A DNA stretch of 64,000 nucleotides from Haliotis rubra (lineage: Eukaryota): the NCBI RefSeq assembly GCF_003918875.1, contig NW_025767135.1, positions 806,001 through 870,000 of the forward strand, given 5' to 3'. Both the position numbers and the translations under genes were made by a program. This document shows, piece by piece, positions 1 through 32,868 of the stretch (positions are counted from its first letter, which is position 1; each line of letters opens with the position of its first letter). The notes beneath the pieces are model-generated. The model saw nothing but the letters and a program-made list of their open reading frames with translations, was not told the origin of the DNA and did not search any database.

Positions 1-655
1 GGGTTCGCTTATCCCGCCGACGACCCGGGTTCGATTCCCCTCATAGGTACAATGTGTGAAGCCGATAAAAGGTGTCTCCCGCCATGATATTGCAGGAATA
101 TTGCTTAAAGCGGCGTAAAACCATACTCACTCATCATCAAAGACCATCCATAAGGATACTTGCTTTGCATAAAGCACTTTCTTTATCCAAGGCCTCTTGG
201 GCTGTCGGTACTTTTTGGAGGCCATCACGTCTTCTTCCCCTTATGACTGCTAAACAATTATGAGCGGGTGTTCGAATCCATGATTCCTCCTGAATATGTT
301 TATTGGTTTTTCGTTTTTTTCTTTCGCCCTTTGGCGTCAATGTCTAACACCTGCATTTATTTCGGGCTTCCTTCCCCCGTTAAACTGACCTGCCGTGGTA
401 TTATACTGACATGTTGTTGTTCAAAGCTCAATGATTCAATCTTGTCCTCAGATTTAACCACTGGATTAAAATTATAACAGCATATTAACTTTCAATAGTT
501 CTTCGCAATGAACAATGACAATGTATAACCTGTCAGATAAAACTGACACATTTCACCGTCTGTATTTGATCACAGAACCCGATGTCAGTCCGCCGAACCA
601 CAGACGTAAGCATCAAGTACATATAAACTCAACGTTTTAGCTTTCTTTCCTTAAA

Positions 656-892
656 CCCGTGAAGATCCGGGTTAGAACTGATCTTCAGTAACCCATGCTT
701 GTCGTTAGGGGTGACTAACGGGATCGGGTGGTCAGGCTCGCTGATTAGGTTGACAAGTCATCGTATCCCAATTGCACAGATCGATGCGCATGCTGCTGAT
801 CACTGGATTGTCTGGTCCAGACTCGATTATTTACAGACCGCCGCCATGTAGCTTGAATATTGCTGAGTGCGGCGTAAAACTAAACTCACTCA
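656..892 (+). mobile_element. Retroposon family B copy
   Basis: cccgtgaagatccgggttagaactgatcttcagtaacccatgc...gcggcgtaaaactaaactcactc. Confidence 0.88.
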
Positions 893-1534
893 ATTCTTCC
901 CCTGATGTTGATTACTCAGACTTTACTTGTGCATGCAGGAAAACAACAGCCGCTTTAGTATGCATGCAACGTGAGATTGGGCATGCATTGTGACGTCCAC
1001 TCAATCATCTGTCACGGAGTTAGTCTATAGTCTTGTTGGAATATGGAACAGGGACACTTCCCTTCAAACCACCGACTCCAAACTGAAACTTGAAACTGGT
1101 ATAATATATTTATAAGGAAGATAGGCTTTGATCCCTTTGTATTAAATTTAAATTGTATCAATTTTATCTAAATGCATCACTTATAAAATACGGAATGAAT
1201 ATCTTCCATCATTTTATGGAATATATCAAAATATTGAGAAATGTATTTCAGGTATCACACCGCTTTGAGGCTCGTCTTAAGCTCAGTATGTAATTATGAG
1301 TGACTGTGTTCCGCTAATAATTTTCTCCTTGCTATGTACAGTTAACTAAGGTTATAGCGAATTCAACAGGACCACTAATTTTAGTTCGTTATAAACATAT
1401 TACGTTTTACCTTACTAGCGAGTCACTACGGAACACGTACCCAAATCTATGTGATCAATCACGAAATGGGGGGGAAACGAGGGGCGTTGTATGAATTTTG
1501 GGGGATTCTGATGAAGATCCCGTAACAACCTCGC

Positions 1535-2815
1535 TGAAGAGGATCCAGTGTCCGCCGTGATGACGAGGATCCCATGTCCGCCGTGATGACGAGGATCCCA
1601 TGTCTGCCATGATGACGAGGATGTCGTGTCCGCTATGATGGTGAGGACCCGTGGCCGCAATGATGACGATGATCCCGTTTACTCTGTGCTAAGGATTCAA
1701 TGTCCGCAATGATGATAAGGATCCCGTGTCCGACATGATGGTGAGGATCCCTTGTTCGCTGTGATGGTGAGGACCCCGTGGCCGCAATGATGACGATAAT
1801 CCCGTTTACCCTGAGATAAGGATTCGGTGTCCGCAGTGATGGCGAGGATTCAGTGTCCGCCATGATAGCAAGGATCCAAAACACACTAATTCGCTGTGCC
1901 CTTGGTTTCAAATTCCCTTAATCGCGATTAAATCAACATATAACTTAGCTCTACACTGAAAAGTATGTTTATCCCATGATGAACAGGATCACGTGTCCGC
2001 CATGATGGTGAGGATCCCGTGTCCGCCATGATGAGTGAGGATCCCTTGTTCACTATGATGGCCAGGATCCCGTGTCCGCTATGATGTCGAGGATCCCGTG
2101 TCCGCCATGATGACGAGGATCCCGTGTCCGCCATGATGGCCAGGATCCCGTGTCCACCATGATGACGAGGATCCTGTGTCCGCTATGATTACGAGGATCC
2201 CGTGTCCGCTATGATGACGAGGATCCCGTGTCCGCAATGATGACCAGGATCCCGTGTCCGCCATGATGACTAGGATCCCGTGTCCGCTATGATGACGAGG
2301 ATCCCGTGTCCGCTATGATGACGAGGATCCCGTGTCCGCTATGATGACGAGGATCCCGTGTCCGCCATGATGACCAGGATCCCGTGTCCGCTATGAGGAC
2401 CAGGATCCCGTGTCCGCTATGATGACCAGGATCCCGTGTCCGCTATGATGACGAGGATCCCGTGTCCGCCATGATGACGAGGATCCCGTGTCCGCCATGA
2501 TGACCAGGATCCCGTGTCCGCCATGATGACGAGGATCCCTTGTTCACTATGATGGTGAGGACCCCGTGTCCGCTATGATGACGAGGATCCCGTGTCCGCC
2601 ATGATGACGAGGATCCCGTGTCCGCCATGATGACGAGGACCCCGTGGCCGCAATGATGACGATAATCCCGTTTACACTGTGATAAGGATTCAGTGTCCGC
2701 CATGACAGCAAGGATCCAAAACACACCAAGTCCGATGTGCCTTTGGTTTCAAATTCCCTTTATCGCGATTAAATCAACATATAACTTAGCTCTAAACTGA
2801 AAAGTATGTTTATCC
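1535..2815. repeat. 26-bp minisatellite (gaggatcccgtgtccgcyatgatgac)n with an 840-bp higher-order duplication
   Basis: 26-bp periodicity. The unique 3' flank aaggatccaaaacacac...aaagtatgtttatccc occurs at ~1870-1975 and again at ~2710-2815. Confidence 0.95.
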
Positions 2816-3331
2816 CTAATAATATTCCCAAATAAATATGGCTGGCCGTCAAGACAGAAAGGAAAGCAGAAGTTCTATATGTGATTAAATCTCCTCAAGC
2901 GCCGCACAGTCTCTCTCGAGAATACTCACTTAATTGCATCATCTACAGATTTGAAATGGAAATGAAAAACTGAGTGCAGGCAATCGTTCCAATGGACGGT
3001 CTCTCGGCAGTTCAATACACAAGTACGGTATCCTAACAGCTGTATATTGGACTGAGAGGACATTATTTGTAGTTTCTGATCAGACGTAACCAAAATAAGA
3101 ACGTAAGATTTATTGCCAAGGTAATGATAGACCACGCCAAAAAGTGTGTGCAAAACAGGAAACAAATTTGTATTTTGTCTCAAATCAAACCCGTTAAAAA
3201 ACAACAATATGAAACAGACGGTCAGCTCTGTATAAACATCGAAGCAGCGATTATATTTACAAGCATGTTCAAATATCAATATTACTAAGCATTTTTAAAA
3301 ATTTCCTAGGCCCTTAAAATTCATTGTTTTA

Positions 3332-3840
3332 CAGTGTAATCTCCCGTATATAACGTTGTTAAATAGATAAGTGAGTGAGTGAGTTTGGTTTTACGCCGCT
3401 TTTAGCAATATTCCAGCAATATTACGGCGAAGGACACCGGAAATGGGCTTCACACATTGTACCCATGTGGGGAATGGAACCCGGGTGTTCGGCGTGACGA
3501 GCGCATGCTTTAACCACTAAGCTAACCCACTGCCCCTCATTATAAATTGATAAGTCAACCGTCTAGTATGCCAGTACAACACGAAAACCATAAAAGTTTC
3601 AAATCGGTGTTCAAAAGCTTGAAATTGAACATGAACACGAAGTTGACAAGTTAAAGCGTCTGTAAGATGTTGCATGATAATACAGTCCCCACAGTTAGAA
3701 CACAAACCTACCGCTGAAGGCAGTTTCGTCATAACCGTAGTTCGTTATACTAGAAATAACATACATAATAAGTGGACCAAAAACAGTTCGTTATATCCGT
3801 CAATTCGTTTTTCGGGTCTTCGTTATAACGTTGTTTACTG
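3332..3840. mobile_element. pogo/Tigger-like MITE interrupted by a SINE
   Basis: TA-cagtgtaa...tataacg / cgttataacgttgtttactg-TA termini; SINE at ~3371-3537. Confidence 0.5.
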
Positions 3841-4221
3841 TAGTTTCAGTAGAGTGAATGATCTATTTAATCCACGCATATTTTCTTATATATTCTCAAA
3901 CTAAGTGTTCCAATATTACTGTATACATCTCCATATGTAACAATCAGTGACACAAAGTGGAGAACATCGCAAAGCAGTGCCCTCAATCTCTATCTCTCTA
4001 TATAAAACCTTCTGGTCTCGGACATTCAAAGTCAGGAATTGTAGCCCCGGACCTTCAAAGCAATGAGAAGCACTCTTCAATGTCTTGACAAGTAACCCGA
4101 GTATTCAAGGCGTAAGAGGCGACGAACAGGAGCGGGTGGCCAGACTCGTTGAATCCCAATTTCGTCGATCGATGCTCATGATGTTGATCACTGGATTGAG
4201 ATCTGGATCTGGATATATGAC

Positions 4222-6405
4222 CTCCGACTATCAGTGATAGGAGAAGAAACATTGGACATGCAGTGTGGTTAAGGTCGCCTCGGACAATCATAGGAGAGGC
4301 TGCATTGGACATGCAGTGTGGTGACAGGTGGCCTCGGACAATCTATGATAGGAGAAGCTGTATTGGACATGCAGTGTGGTGACAGGTGGCCTCGGACAAT
4401 CTATGATAGGAGAAGCTGTATTGGACATGCAGTGTGGTGACAGGTGGCCTCGGACAATCTATGATAGGAGCTGTATTGAGAAGCTGTATTGGACATCTAT
4501 AGGATAGATGTGGTGACAGGTGGCCTCGGACAATCTATGATAGGAGAAGCTGTATTGGACATGCAGTGTGGTGACAGGTGGCCTCGGACAATCTATGATA
4601 GGACATTGGACATGCAGTGTGGTGACAGAGTGTGGTGGTCGGACAATCTCTGTATGGTGTCCTCGGACAATCTATGATAGGAGAAGCTGTATTGGACATG
4701 CAGTGTGGTCACAGGTGGCCTCGGACAATCTATGATAGGAGAAGCTGTATTGGACATGCAGTGTGGTGACAGGTGGCCTCGGACAATCTATGATAGGAGA
4801 AGCTGTATTGGACATGCAGTGTGGTGACAGGTGGCCTCGGACAATCTATGATAGGAGAAGCTGTATTGGACATGCAGTGTGGTGACAGGTGGCCTCGGAC
4901 AATCCTATGATAGGAGAAGCTGTATTGGACATGCAGTGTGGTCACAGGTGGCCTCGGACAATCTATGATAGGAGAAGCTGTATTGGACATGCAGTGTGGT
5001 GACAGGTGGCCTCGGACAATCAATGATAGGAGAAGCTGTATTGGACATGCAGTGTGGTTAAGGTGACCTCGGACAATCAATGATAGGAGAAGCTGTATTG
5101 GACATGCAGTGCAGTGGTGACAGGTGGCCTCGGACAATCTATGATAGGAGAAGCTGTATTGGACATGCAGTGTGGTCTGGTGCCTCGGACCTCGGACAAT
5201 CATGATAGGAGAAGCTGTATTGGACATGCAGTGTGGTCACAGGTGGCCTCGGACAATCTATGATAGGAGAAGCTGTATTGGACATGCAGTGTGGTTACAG
5301 GTGGCCTCGGACAATCAATGATAGGAGAAGCTGTATTGGACATGCAGTGTGGTCACAGGTGGCCTCGGACAATCATGATAGGAGAAGCTGTATTGATAGC
5401 AGTGTGGTCACAGGTGGCCTCGGACAATCTATGATAGGAGAGGCTGTATTGGACATGCAGTGTGGTTAGCAGTAGGTGGCCTCTGTATTGCAGTGTGGTC
5501 AATGATAGGAAGAAGCTGTATTGGACATGCAGTGTGGTGACAGGTGACCTCGGACAATCTATGATAGGAGAAGCTGTATTGGACATGCAGTGTGGTGACA
5601 GGTGGCCTCGGACAATCTATGATAGGAGAAGCTGTATTGACATGCAGTGTGGTTATGGCCTCGGACAATCTATGATAGGAGAAGCTGTATTGGACATGCA
5701 GTGTGTGTCTACAGGTGGCCTCGGACAATCATGATAGGAGAGCTGTATTGGACATGCAGTGTGGTGACAGGTGGCCTCGGACAATCATAGGAGAAGCTGA
5801 TTGGACATGCAGTGTGGGTGACAGGTGGCCTCGGACAATCTATGATAGGAGAAGCTGTATTGGACATGCAGTGCAGTGTGGTGGTGACAGGTGGTATTGG
5901 ACATGCCTCCTCGGACAATCTATGATAGGAGAAGCTGTATTGGACATGCAGTGTGGTGACAGGTGGCCTCGGACAATCTATGATAGGAGAAGCTGTATTG
6001 GACATGCAGTGTGGTGACAGGTGGCCTCGGACAATCAATGATAGGAGAAGCTGTATTGGACATGCAGTGTGGTCACAGGTGGCCTCGGACAATCTATGAT
6101 AGGAGAAGCTGTATTGGACATGCAGTGTGGTGACAGGTGTGATAGGAGAAGCTGTATTGGACATGCAGTGTGGTGGGTGACAATCTATGATAGGAAGCTG
6201 TATTGGACCTCGGACAATCTATGATAGGAGAAGCTGTATTGGACATGCAGTGTGGTCACAGGTGGCCTCGGACAATCAATGATAGGAGAAGCTGTATTGG
6301 ACATGCAGTGTGGTGACAGGTGGCCTCGGACAATCTATGATAGGAGAAGCTGTATTGGACATGCAGTGTAGTCACAGGTGGCCTCGGACAATCTATGATA
6401 GGACA
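4222..6405. repeat. 58-bp minisatellite, ~37 copies
   Basis: Unit cggacaatctatgataggagaagctgtattggacatgcagtgtggtgacaggtggcct, head-to-tail, with some scrambled units. Confidence 0.97.
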
Positions 6406-8180
6406 TATTTGCATCACATGTTTTGATTAGTTGCCTCGGACCTCGGATTAATATGTCTCAGGCATTTGATGTCCCGTCATCTGGGACATTTCACCCATGG
6501 AGGTGTGATCACAGACATCATTTCCCAGTCATCAGTTAAACAGTAAAGCTTCAGCACACCTGCAGTAGGTTGATGGGAAGATGTAATACCACCAATGTGT
6601 AACCCAACCTGAGCTGACCAATGGTTGCACATGTTCAGTACTTCAGGACCCGTCGTCAGCAACCTATGCTTGTCGCAGGAGGCGACTAACGGGATCGGAT
6701 GGTCAGGCTCGCTGACTTGGTTGACACATGTCATCGTATCCCAATTTCTTTGATCGATGCTCATGAAGTTGATCACTGGATTGTCTGATCCAGACTCGAT
6801 TATTTACAGAATGCTGCAATATAGCTGGAATAATGGTGAGTGTGGGGTTAAACAACAAACAATCAAACAGTACCTAAGGAGGGCATACTAAGGCTAACAG
6901 AAGCAAGACGTATATCAGAATCATCTGCTAACTTTGGTCAACCAAGGTTAATCTGGGTTGGTCTTTGGTCAACATGGATACCCTGGGTCGGCCAGGGTAG
7001 TGAAATGAGCACAAACATGTGATATGAGCACAAACGTAAGATGATGATTTTTGAGAAAAGACTTTTAGAATGCAGTAAAATTTCGAAAACAATTTGATAC
7101 TGAGCAAACATTTTAACACCCACTGTCGACATGTTCTGTGATAGCAGAGACCATCTTTTATATGGTCTCTGGTGATAGTCATGTGAACTCGTGAACCATG
7201 TCAAACCAATTCCTCCCAACGCCGACCCGTGAAGATCCGGGTTTATTCAGTAACCCATGCTTGTCGTAAGAGGCGTCTAGCGGGATCGGGTGGTCAGGCT
7301 CGCTGACTTGGTTGACACATGTCATCGTATCCCAATTTTCGTTGATCGATCTCATGCTGTTGATCATTGGATTGTCTGGTCCAGACTCAATTATTTACAG
7401 ACCGCCGCCATATAGCTGGATTACTCACTCACTTCTCCCGATGTTGGCCGACATGTCCCCTTCGATTTAAGAACTCCGGGCAAATTACGCCGTCCGGTAT
7501 TAGAAGCGTCCGTAAAATATTGTATGTATCATGGTCTGCATGGCATAACAAACACTGACAGGCAGATTCATATATACACGGCGTCATTAATGAAGGGTCA
7601 AGCTATTGGTAACACTATTTCCTAGTTCCAAAACCTTCGTTTTTGTTTGAAACATATACATATATATTCCCCATATGGGTACAATGTATGAAGGCCTTTT
7701 CTGGTGTTCCCCGCCGTGATATTACTGGAATATTGCTCAAAGCGGCGTAAAACTAAACGCACTCACCCACTTTATATGATCTGTTGAATATTTGTACGCT
7801 TTGAGTGTTCTAAACCTTTAAATTATATAAGCGGTGGTGGGGTAGCCTAGAGGTTAAAGCATTCGCTCGTCACGTCGAAGGCCCGGGTTCGATTCCCCAC
7901 ATCGGTACAATATCTGAAGCCCATTTCTGGTAATATTGATAAAGGCGGCATAAAACCCAACCCACTCATACACTAACCAAGTTAATTGTAATTATTCGAA
8001 TCTGGGAATAGCATCATGGGATGCGACCCACACTGTCTGGGTCTAATCTTAAGTGTTTGACATTTTCATAAAGAGATGATAACTTGTGCTGCAGTTGATG
8101 ATGTCTCACGTAAATCGTCTCTTGTGTTGCTTGTATATAACATTATGGTAAACTCAGGATGACGAATGTGGTAAGTACAT

Positions 8181-8283
8181 GGGCTTAGATTTTCGAAGCT
8201 CTCTTAGCTCTAAGATAGTCGTAAGTGCCATACATTAACATTAACTTATTTTAGCGCTAAGAGAGCTTAAAAAATCTAGGCCC
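8181..8283. mobile_element. ~100-bp hairpin MITE; similar short hairpins at ~39961-40078, ~61220-61327 and ~61578-61695
   Basis: gggcttagattttcgaagctctcttagc / gctaagagagcttaaaaaatctaggccc. CWG-like flanks suggest PIF/Harbinger type (inference). Confidence 0.65.
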
Positions 8284-9000
8284 AGGTTCTCTTTGGAGAG
8301 CGAACGCAACAGTGTGGACAACATCACTGTGTACACTGCTTTATGTATCGGAGTTGTTTGAAATAAATCGATGGAAATTGTTTTTCATCTGGACCAAGAT
8401 TGTGATGACTTGTCGCAGAATACATGTGGCTCGGCCATAGGTCACGGCACTTTGCGATACCGTAATACTTCCGGTGACAAACAACGTTTCATACCGTTTC
8501 GAATGGACTCATGGTTGTCAGTGGACAGTAAGGAACCGATAATCCTTGCACGAATAACAAATGTCCGATCTAACCATCCCAAAATTAGACAACTATTACT
8601 ACTGTCAACAGCTGTAACAACCAAGCATGTCTGTACACTTGGTCTGGTCTAGTAAAGTCATATTTCGCGGTTGCGCAATTTGGAACCAGAACTGGTTAAT
8701 ATACGTGGGTCAAGAATGATCTGGTACCTGGAGTAAGCTGAGGCCCGTCTCGCATATCGCGCGTCAGGGCACTCTCCTACCCAGAGTTCCATGCGCCTAG
8801 GATAGTACCTCTACCACAGGCCAGAAAGATGTGGCAGATTTGATTTAATAATGGCTAGTTCTCTTGGGTTTTACCACAGTTGTAGACGTCTCTGCAGGCT
8901 AAAGAATCATATGTTTATAAGTTTATCAGTATTATACTTACACAGCGACAATTACGGAGATTCACAGAGTACACTTAGTCTAACATTTGGGCCTATGCCT

Positions 9001-9540
9001 TTCAATTCGTTGGTTTCACATTACTTGTCAACTCGCTGTGCGCATGCGCAGACGTGTGAAAAATATCCACTTGCATGCTTCCGGTTTGGTCGTATGTTTA
9101 TCGATAGTGTAAATGCATGCTAAATAAAAGTCGTTATGAAAATTATTTACGTTGTGACAACTGTTCATAGCTGAGTACATACTTCCATTTGCCTCTGCTT
9201 TTCAATAATTGATGTCCTATTTTGGTTGCAACTCCATCAGAGATGTGTTTGTTTAGTTGTGAGAAGGGGATCTGCGGGAAGGACGGTGTTGGTGAGATGC
9301 GTTTATACAAGAGCTTGTTAACATAACTTAAGCTATTTATTTAACTAATCCCGGCCTCTGTTTCATAAATCAACTGGGATCAGTTGTATTCGACATAAAA
9401 ATATATATTTGTTTTGATTTTTGTTTTCTTTGGAGTGTTTACGCTATCGATAAACCGGAAGCATGCAAGTGGATAGTTTTGACACGCTCTGCGCATGCGC
9501 ACAGCGAGTTGGAAAAGTAACGTGAAACCAACGAATGGAA
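9001..9540. mobile_element. MITE with ~110-bp terminal inverted repeats
   Basis: ttcaattcgttggtttcac...gtgcgcatgcgcag...ccacttgcatgcttccggttt is mirrored at 9435-9540. Confidence 0.8.
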
Positions 9541-10404
9541 ACGGATCTCCTATGTGGTGTAATGGAAAGAGCGTCCGCCCGCCCAGCGATAGTAAGTTTA
9601 GTGGTTCGAATCCCGGCTGCGCCCTACCAAACGATGGTAAATAATGATACGTATTAATTCTGTCAAGAGTTCAGCATTAAAGTAGATGTTACGACTATGT
9701 CGATGTAGGGTATTCGTGTTAAAACTGCGCGCTGACCCTTTAACATCCGCATCTGTCAAAGCCCATTTCATATCAATTTCTCTGTAAACGGATGCAAAAG
9801 TAAAAAACCCTCTCTGTTTGTACACATCGAAAATCGATTTCAGCGCATATCGGACAGTATAGATTGTTTTAACTCTTGACTTTTCTCCGATGGAACCGTT
9901 AATTCATAAACTGTGCATCCGTTCCTTTGAGTTCGGAGAACAGACGAACACAAAACAAGTACTGACGGAATTATCTCCCTTACACTGGCAGACGAGAATT
10001 TCATTTGTGCATGTCAGTGTTGAGCTTTGTTAAAAATGGGTGGTATGTGATTACATATGAAAATTGTTTTGAATACATGCCTCTTTGATCAGTCTGTCTT
10101 TGAATGAAAGGTTAACGCATTTTCACTTTTGACCGACCATAAACACGCCAACATATTGGACAGCGAGTTCGTACGATTTCCCTCCGTTAACAACAAAGGT
10201 TCCATCAATATCAGTTTGGACAAAACAAGACTTATTTATAAATTTATACCGAAAAGAAATATATAACTAAGATATCTGGATCGATTGGTGTTTTGAATGT
10301 CTCGTAAACAGTAAATGTTCTGGAACCGAGCATGCAATGGAATTAACCTAAATTGAATCAGGCGTGAGGTTTTGAATTTATATAGGAATATAAAGTTATA
10401 TATA

Positions 10405-10564
10405 TACTCATGGAAACAAATAAGGGAATACATGAAAGCAAACAAGTTCCTATATTCATTTCAAGGTTTCATCTCATGTTGTGTATTGCACTGTGGGTGA
10501 AAAGCCGGAAAAGCATAAAAAACACATGTCCTTTCACGTGTTCCTTTATTTGTTTCCATGAGTA
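10405..10564. mobile_element. Tc1-type MITE (TA-flanked, tactcatggaaacaaataa TIR); related copy at ~44337-44493
   Basis: ~30-bp TIRs, TA on both sides. Confidence 0.8.
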
Positions 10565-10670
10565 TATATATACTCAAACTGTAGGAAATAAATATGGATT
10601 TTTTGTCTCAATGACCTTTCCCCAACGACTCAAAAAATATTTCAAACGCCTTCGTTCCAAATGCGTCTTA

Positions 10671-11934
10671 TAGTATGACCAGAAATTATTGAGAATTTTA
10701 GGAATATGTTTAATTGGATTTCTAGTATAAACAACCTTGACCAGCTATCAAGTGCTTGGTTTCATTCAAGAGAGACAACTCCGTTATCTTTTTCATTAGT
10801 TTGTGAAGAGTTATCCCCTTTGTTTACTTGCTAGCAGACGACATTTTCAGTGATCCTCAGTATGGATGATTTAGAGAAGAGGAAGTTGATTTTAGAGTAT
10901 TATAACAAGGACATCAGATCAGCTAAAGTGATTTCAAGTAGAACAGGCATCCCTTTGTCCACTGTTTATCGTGTTTGGGAAATATTGCAAATGGATATGG
11001 CATTGAGCACCAGGGAGGCGCAGGTAGGCCCAGAAAATTGACTGTCGGTGACAGGAGGCGGCTTGGTATTCTTGTTTCTAAAAACAAACGAAGGAGTTTA
11101 GAAAACTTAAGGCTGGATATGATTGATAGAGGAACTGTGGCTGTCTGTAAGGAGACAATTAGAACTGAGCTGCATGCAATGGGTTGGCAGAAAGGTCGAG
11201 GAATTCCATCACCGATCATGAAACCTGAACAAAAGGAGCAAAGGTTGAACTGGTGCTTACAGCATAGAAATTTTAACTGGGACAATGTGATTTTCTCAGA
11301 TGAAAGTTCTGTGTGGCTGTTTCCTAATACACTGAAATTCTGGACCAAACAAACAGAAAAACCTTTGTATCAGCGCCCAAAGTACAGTCCGAAATTTAAC
11401 GTGTGGGGTGGCATATCTGTGTTAGAGGCAACGCCCCTCTGTGTATTTGAAGGGAATATGAACAGTGAGCGGTACACAGATATTCTCGAGGGACATTTAC
11501 TTCCATCTGCTCACGTGTTCTGTGGAAAGTTTTGGATTTTCCAGCAGGACGACCCAAACGTCGTTGAAAGCATTCACAGGCCTGGTTTCGGACCCAAAAT
11601 ATGACATTAGCCCTGACCTAAATCCAATAGAAAATGTTTGGGGACTTATGAAGGAAAGTGTCAATAAGAAAAATCTGACAAATATTGCTGAAATGAAAGA
11701 AGAGGTGGTCCGATATTGGGACAGCATGGACCACGACTTTCTAACTTCTTTGATCAGTAGTATGCCCCGCCGCATTGAAGCCTGCATTGCTGCCCATAGT
11801 GACTTGGCAAAATACTAACTGTTCACCTGTCTTTGAATCTGGAGTTATGTTCTGCTAATATTCACATTTAATACGTGAGTAATGAGTGAAAAAAAATACA
11901 ATCTTTAAATTCTCAATAATTTCTGGTTGTACTG
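10671..11934 (+). mobile_element. Tc1/mariner DNA transposon, decayed
   Basis: ~28-bp TIRs (tagtatgaccagaaattattgagaattt / aaattctcaataatttctggttgtactg) flanked by TA, enclosing a frameshifted transposase. Confidence 0.92.
10862..11818 (+). pseudogene. Tc1-family transposase pseudogene
   Basis: Three overlapping frames give an HTH region, GRPRK, WDNVIFSDES, VWGGIS, FQQD, SPDLNPIENVW and LISSMPRRIEACI. At least two frameshifts. Confidence 0.92.
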
Positions 11935-13306
11935 TATATACTGAAATAAACATTATCTCTTAATCAGTCTACCACTCTTACATATCCTACATAATTGTTG
12001 GGATCAATGCTTATGATATTTTGTAAACCAGGCTTGTGATATTTAGTAAGCCCTGTCTGGAACTGTTGTGTGTATATTTCATGTAATGTGACGAATATCA
12101 TGTATATCAAATATTCCCGGTTGTGCAATAACTCGGCATCGCAATATACATCAATGGATATGATCCATGGCTATCAGGGGAGCGGTGGAAGTTGCTGGTG
12201 TTGGGGGACGCCACGGAAGATGAAGTGCAACCCTTGCCAAAGAACGAATTGTGTCTGCTATCAACAGCTCTGATCTTAGAGATCAAATCGTATGGTTTTC
12301 AACTCCACCGTAGCGAAACATACCGGCCGAAACCATACTGCTCAACTGAGCCACAAGGACCCGCTCTGTATATTCCAGTCATCAACAGCATGAGCATCGA
12401 TCTACGGAACTGGGTGAGTGAGTGAGTTTGGTTTTACGCCGCACTTAGCAATATTCCAGCTATATGGCGGAGATCTGTAAATAATCGAGTCTGGATCAGA
12501 CAATCTAGTGATCAACAGCATGAGTATTGATCTATGAATTGGATACGATACGTCAACTGGCGAAGATCCCGGGTAGAATAGGTCTTCAGTCATAAAAGGC
12601 GACTATGCTTGTCGTAAAAGGCGATTAACGGGATCGGGTCGCTTGCTGACTTGTACAAAGATCGATGCTCATGCTGTTGATCACTGGATTGTCTGGTCCA
12701 TCGATTATTTACAGTCAGCGCCATATAGCTGGAATATTGCTGAGTGCGGCGTAAAACTAAACTCACTCACTGCAAGCATGGGTTGCTAAAGACCAATTCT
12801 AACCCGGATCTTCACGGGTACCGACTCATGGATCTCACACTGTATACAGATTAAATTACTATGTTCGCTACTAAGCCACACCATATCAGTGAGGCACCCT
12901 AATCAGTACCTACACTTTTCACAAACACCTGGTGTCATCACTGATCCATGCACACGTTTTTCATCACTTCACCGCATGGCTGTTTTGGGAGGGCATTCGA
13001 CGTTTTGGTTTTGAAGTTTTGATGACATAAAATATTTTTTGTTAATTATAACCCCGCACCCAGATGTATTCCAGCTATATCACAGCTGTTTTTAAAAATC
13101 CATTGTCAACGAGACAAGTCAATGACTGCCGTAATAAACATCGATCAACACAAGTGGAATATGACAACATGTCAACAACAAAGTCATCGAACCTCATCAA
13201 TCGATTCATTCAGTAGGCCCACGCGCCAACACGGGATCCTGTGGGCTGATATTCTCGCCCCGATTCTTGGAAATACAGAACAGAACTAACTGAATAATGA
13301 AAAGAG

Positions 13307-13312
13307 TTTATT
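13307..13312 (-). terminator. Polyadenylation signal of calmodulin mRNA
   Basis: AATAAA on the minus strand ~380 nt after the stop, followed by a U/GU-rich stretch (ctcttttcattattcagttagttctgttctgt). Confidence 0.7.
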
Positions 13313-13688
13313 ACAGCAATGACAACAGGAAGAGATCGATGTAGAGTGATTAAATTCAAGAGTAGTAATGAAACATATCGATGCATAGAATTCGATACGA
13401 GAAAACGTTTAGTTGTACAAATGCATAGAGGCTTAACTAATGATATTAGTATAATTGAGAATCAGATTAAGAAAAAACGTAGAGGAGGGAAGATAAATAA
13501 TCATTATCAAAATATACACAAGTATGGGATATTTACAATGTAAAAGCATATTATTTTTCGATTAATCAAGCGTTCTTGATTGGTCAGATATCCATGACGT
13601 CATTGATGTCAATCATGACAGCTTGCAGACCGAGCACAGGGCGATGGACAATATTGCTGTACAGGTGGTCACGTGATACTGTAGCCTC

Positions 13689-32868
<19,180 letters not shown>

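Noticed and set aside
137-460. Apparent exon ending in a Rab-like CxC motif (KCRC*) followed by a 67-aa ORF
   Set aside because: Recounting the C run at 374-378 shows KCRC is out of frame with the acceptor at 461. The phase-1 frame ends GEGSPK*. The 137-340 ORF has no ATG and no recognisable domain.
1415-2729. His/Arg-rich ORFs (WRTRDPRHHGGHG...)
   Set aside because: Translations of the 26-bp minisatellite in shifting frames
4222-6405. CRISPR-like regular array and its many ORFs
   Set aside because: Units are head-to-tail with no unique spacers, no cas genes are present, and the context is eukaryotic. The ORFs come from a 58-bp period.
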